From an uncultured bacterium (GTDB lineage Bacteria > Bdellovibrionota_B > Oligoflexia > CAYFLR01): a stretch of DNA of 62,094 bases. Positions 60,955-62,094 of the stretch are shown one piece after another (the first letter of the stretch is position 1; every line of letters begins with the position of its first letter). The stretch is taken from contig CAZJDM010000003.1 of assembly GCA_964544765.1 (NCBI GenBank), positions 1-62,094 on the forward strand, in the 5' to 3' direction. A program made the position numbers and the translations under genes. The notes below the pieces were generated by a model that had not been told where the DNA came from, made no database searches, and saw only the letters and a program-made list of their open reading frames with translations.

Positions 60955-62094
60955 ATGTTAGAAATCCTATCCGATGGTTTTCGTAATGCTAGACTAAAAT
61001 TTCAAGGTAAGACGGTTCTGTCTGAAGATAATGTTAACGAGGCCGCAATAGAAATTAGAAAAAGCTTATTAGAAGCCGATGTTGAATTTGGAGTAGCAAA
61101 ATCTTTTGTTTCCAAAGTCAAAGAAAAGGCCATTGGAGAAATTGTAAGAACCAAGGTTAATCGCAAAGGGAAATTGTACAAAGCATCCCCCGCGGAACAT
61201 TTTATCAAGATCTGTCAGGACGAATTAGAATCCTTGATGGGACCGGTAGATGTCTCCATTAACTATAAAACTGGAGATAATGCCATATCAACGATTATGA
61301 TGGTGGGACTACAAGGAGCAGGAAAAACCACTGTCTCAGTTAAATTAGCCAAAAAATTAGCAGAATTAGAAAAGAAAAGAAAACCCCTATTAGTTGCCGC
61401 GGATGTTTACCGACCTGCTGCTATACAGCAATTGGAAGTTTTAGGGGAGAGGGTAAATATTCCAGTATATACTGAAAAAAACGATGATCCTGTTCAGATA
61501 TGTAAGAACGCAATTGATTATGCCAAAACCAAAAGTCTGGATACGGTTATTTTTGATACCGCTGGACGATTAGCCATTGATGAGGCAATGATAGATGAAT
61601 TATTGCGTATCAAGGACCAAACTTCACCCGATAATATCTATTTAGTCTGTGATGCAATGATTGGCCAGGATGCTGTGACTACAGCTAAAGCATTTGATAA
61701 CCATTTGTCCATGTCGGGATTCATCTTAACTAAATTAGATGGTGATGCCCGAGGTGGAGCAGCTCTATCCATCAAAGAAGTTACAGGCAAATCAATCAAA
61801 TTTTTAGGAATGGGTGAAAATCTAGATGCTTTAGAGGAATTTAGACCAGAAGGATTAGCCTCCAGAATTCTAGGTAAGGGCGATATCGTTGGTCTAATGA
61901 ATGATTTTGAGAAAGTGGTAGAAAAGGAACAAGCCGAAGAAGATGCCGCTCGTATGTTGAAAGGGCAATTTACCTTTCAAGATTTTTATGAACAAATATC
62001 AGTTATTAAGAAATTGGGGCCATTATCGGGAGTAATAGCCAAGATGCCTTTTGGTGATATGATACCAAGCGGTACCAAGGTTGATGATAATGAA
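60955..62094 (+). CDS. ffh: Signal recognition particle protein Ffh (5' 380 codons; runs off the window end)
   Basis: Not in the ORF track because there is no stop within the window. The ATG at 60955 follows AAGGAG. The translation is MLEILSDGFRNARLKFQGK... with 'MMVGLQGAGKTT' (G1), 'DTAGRL' (G3), 'TKLDGDARGGAALS' (G4/G5) and 'ASRILGKGDI'. Confidence 0.95.
   Translation, partial: MLEILSDGFRNARLKFQGKTVLSEDNVNEAAIEIRKSLLEADVEFGVAKSFVSKVKEKAIGEIVRTKVNRKGKLYKASPAEHFIKICQDELESLMGPVDVSINYKTGDNAISTIMMVGLQGAGKTTVSVKLAKKLAELEKKRKPLLVAADVYRPAAIQQLEVLGERVNIPVYTEKNDDPVQICKNAIDYAKTKSLDTVIFDTAGRLAIDEAMIDELLRIKDQTSPDNIYLVCDAMIGQDAVTTAKAFDNHLSMSGFILTKLDGDARGGAALSIKEVTGKSIKFLGMGENLDALEEFRPEGLASRILGKGDIVGLMNDFEKVVEKEQAEEDAARMLKGQFTFQDFYEQISVIKKLGPLSGVIAKMPFGDMIPSGTKVDDNE

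Noticed and set aside
1-62094. Scan for tRNA, rRNA, tmRNA, CRISPR repeats, IS elements and integrases.
   Set aside because: I saw no T-arm-like GGTTCRANTCC in any intergenic region and no regularly spaced 25-40-bp repeats. No ORF has DDE, tyrosine-recombinase or serine-recombinase motifs. The only repeats found are those listed as features.

Overview
This window looks like chromosomal DNA from a low-GC (about one third G+C by eye) diderm bacterium. Coding density is high on both strands. I found no rRNA, tRNA, CRISPR array, transposase or integrase.

Recognisable housekeeping genes:
- ssb, mutL-miaA, trmH, lptF-lptG, slt and a yqgE/algH-family gene.
- A MOSC-MogA fusion divergent from moaC.
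- A mannose-1-phosphate guanylyltransferase, an alpha/beta hydrolase and an orphan exbB/tolQ-like gene.
- A block of aminotransferase, fused IorA-IorB indolepyruvate:ferredoxin oxidoreductase and ornithine aminotransferase.
- A crotonase-fold protein, an FGE/SUMF1-type lipoprotein, and ffh, which runs off the 3' end of the window.

The remainder is dominated by signal-peptide or lipobox proteins with no family I can name.

Points of interest:
1. A roughly 10 kb divergent locus at 48.7-58.6 kb. It holds a five-gene translationally coupled operon in which every product carries a lipobox. Three products are paralogous Cys-patterned proteins with glycine-zipper segments. One has an internally duplicated unrecognised domain. 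Opposite it are a protein with one copy of that domain and a legumain-like (C13, clan CD) lipoprotein. This is my best candidate for an undescribed envelope or secreted system.
2. Two neighbouring large proteins (17.4-21.8 kb) carry a MYXO-CTERM-like tripartite signal (GGC, then a TM helix, then a basic cluster) in the middle of the polypeptide rather than at the C-terminus.
3. A small accessory island at 9.6-12.3 kb contains HigBA, HEPN/MNT and a CAP/PR-1 lipoprotein gene. A 140-bp duplicated CAP 3' end brackets the higBA module.
4. A 1285-aa lipoprotein combines an FG-GAP propeller, a polyproline tract and an HExxH motif.

All functional calls come from motif recognition by eye. No searches were run. 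The lineage guess (Bdellovibrionota/Myxococcota-like) is speculative.
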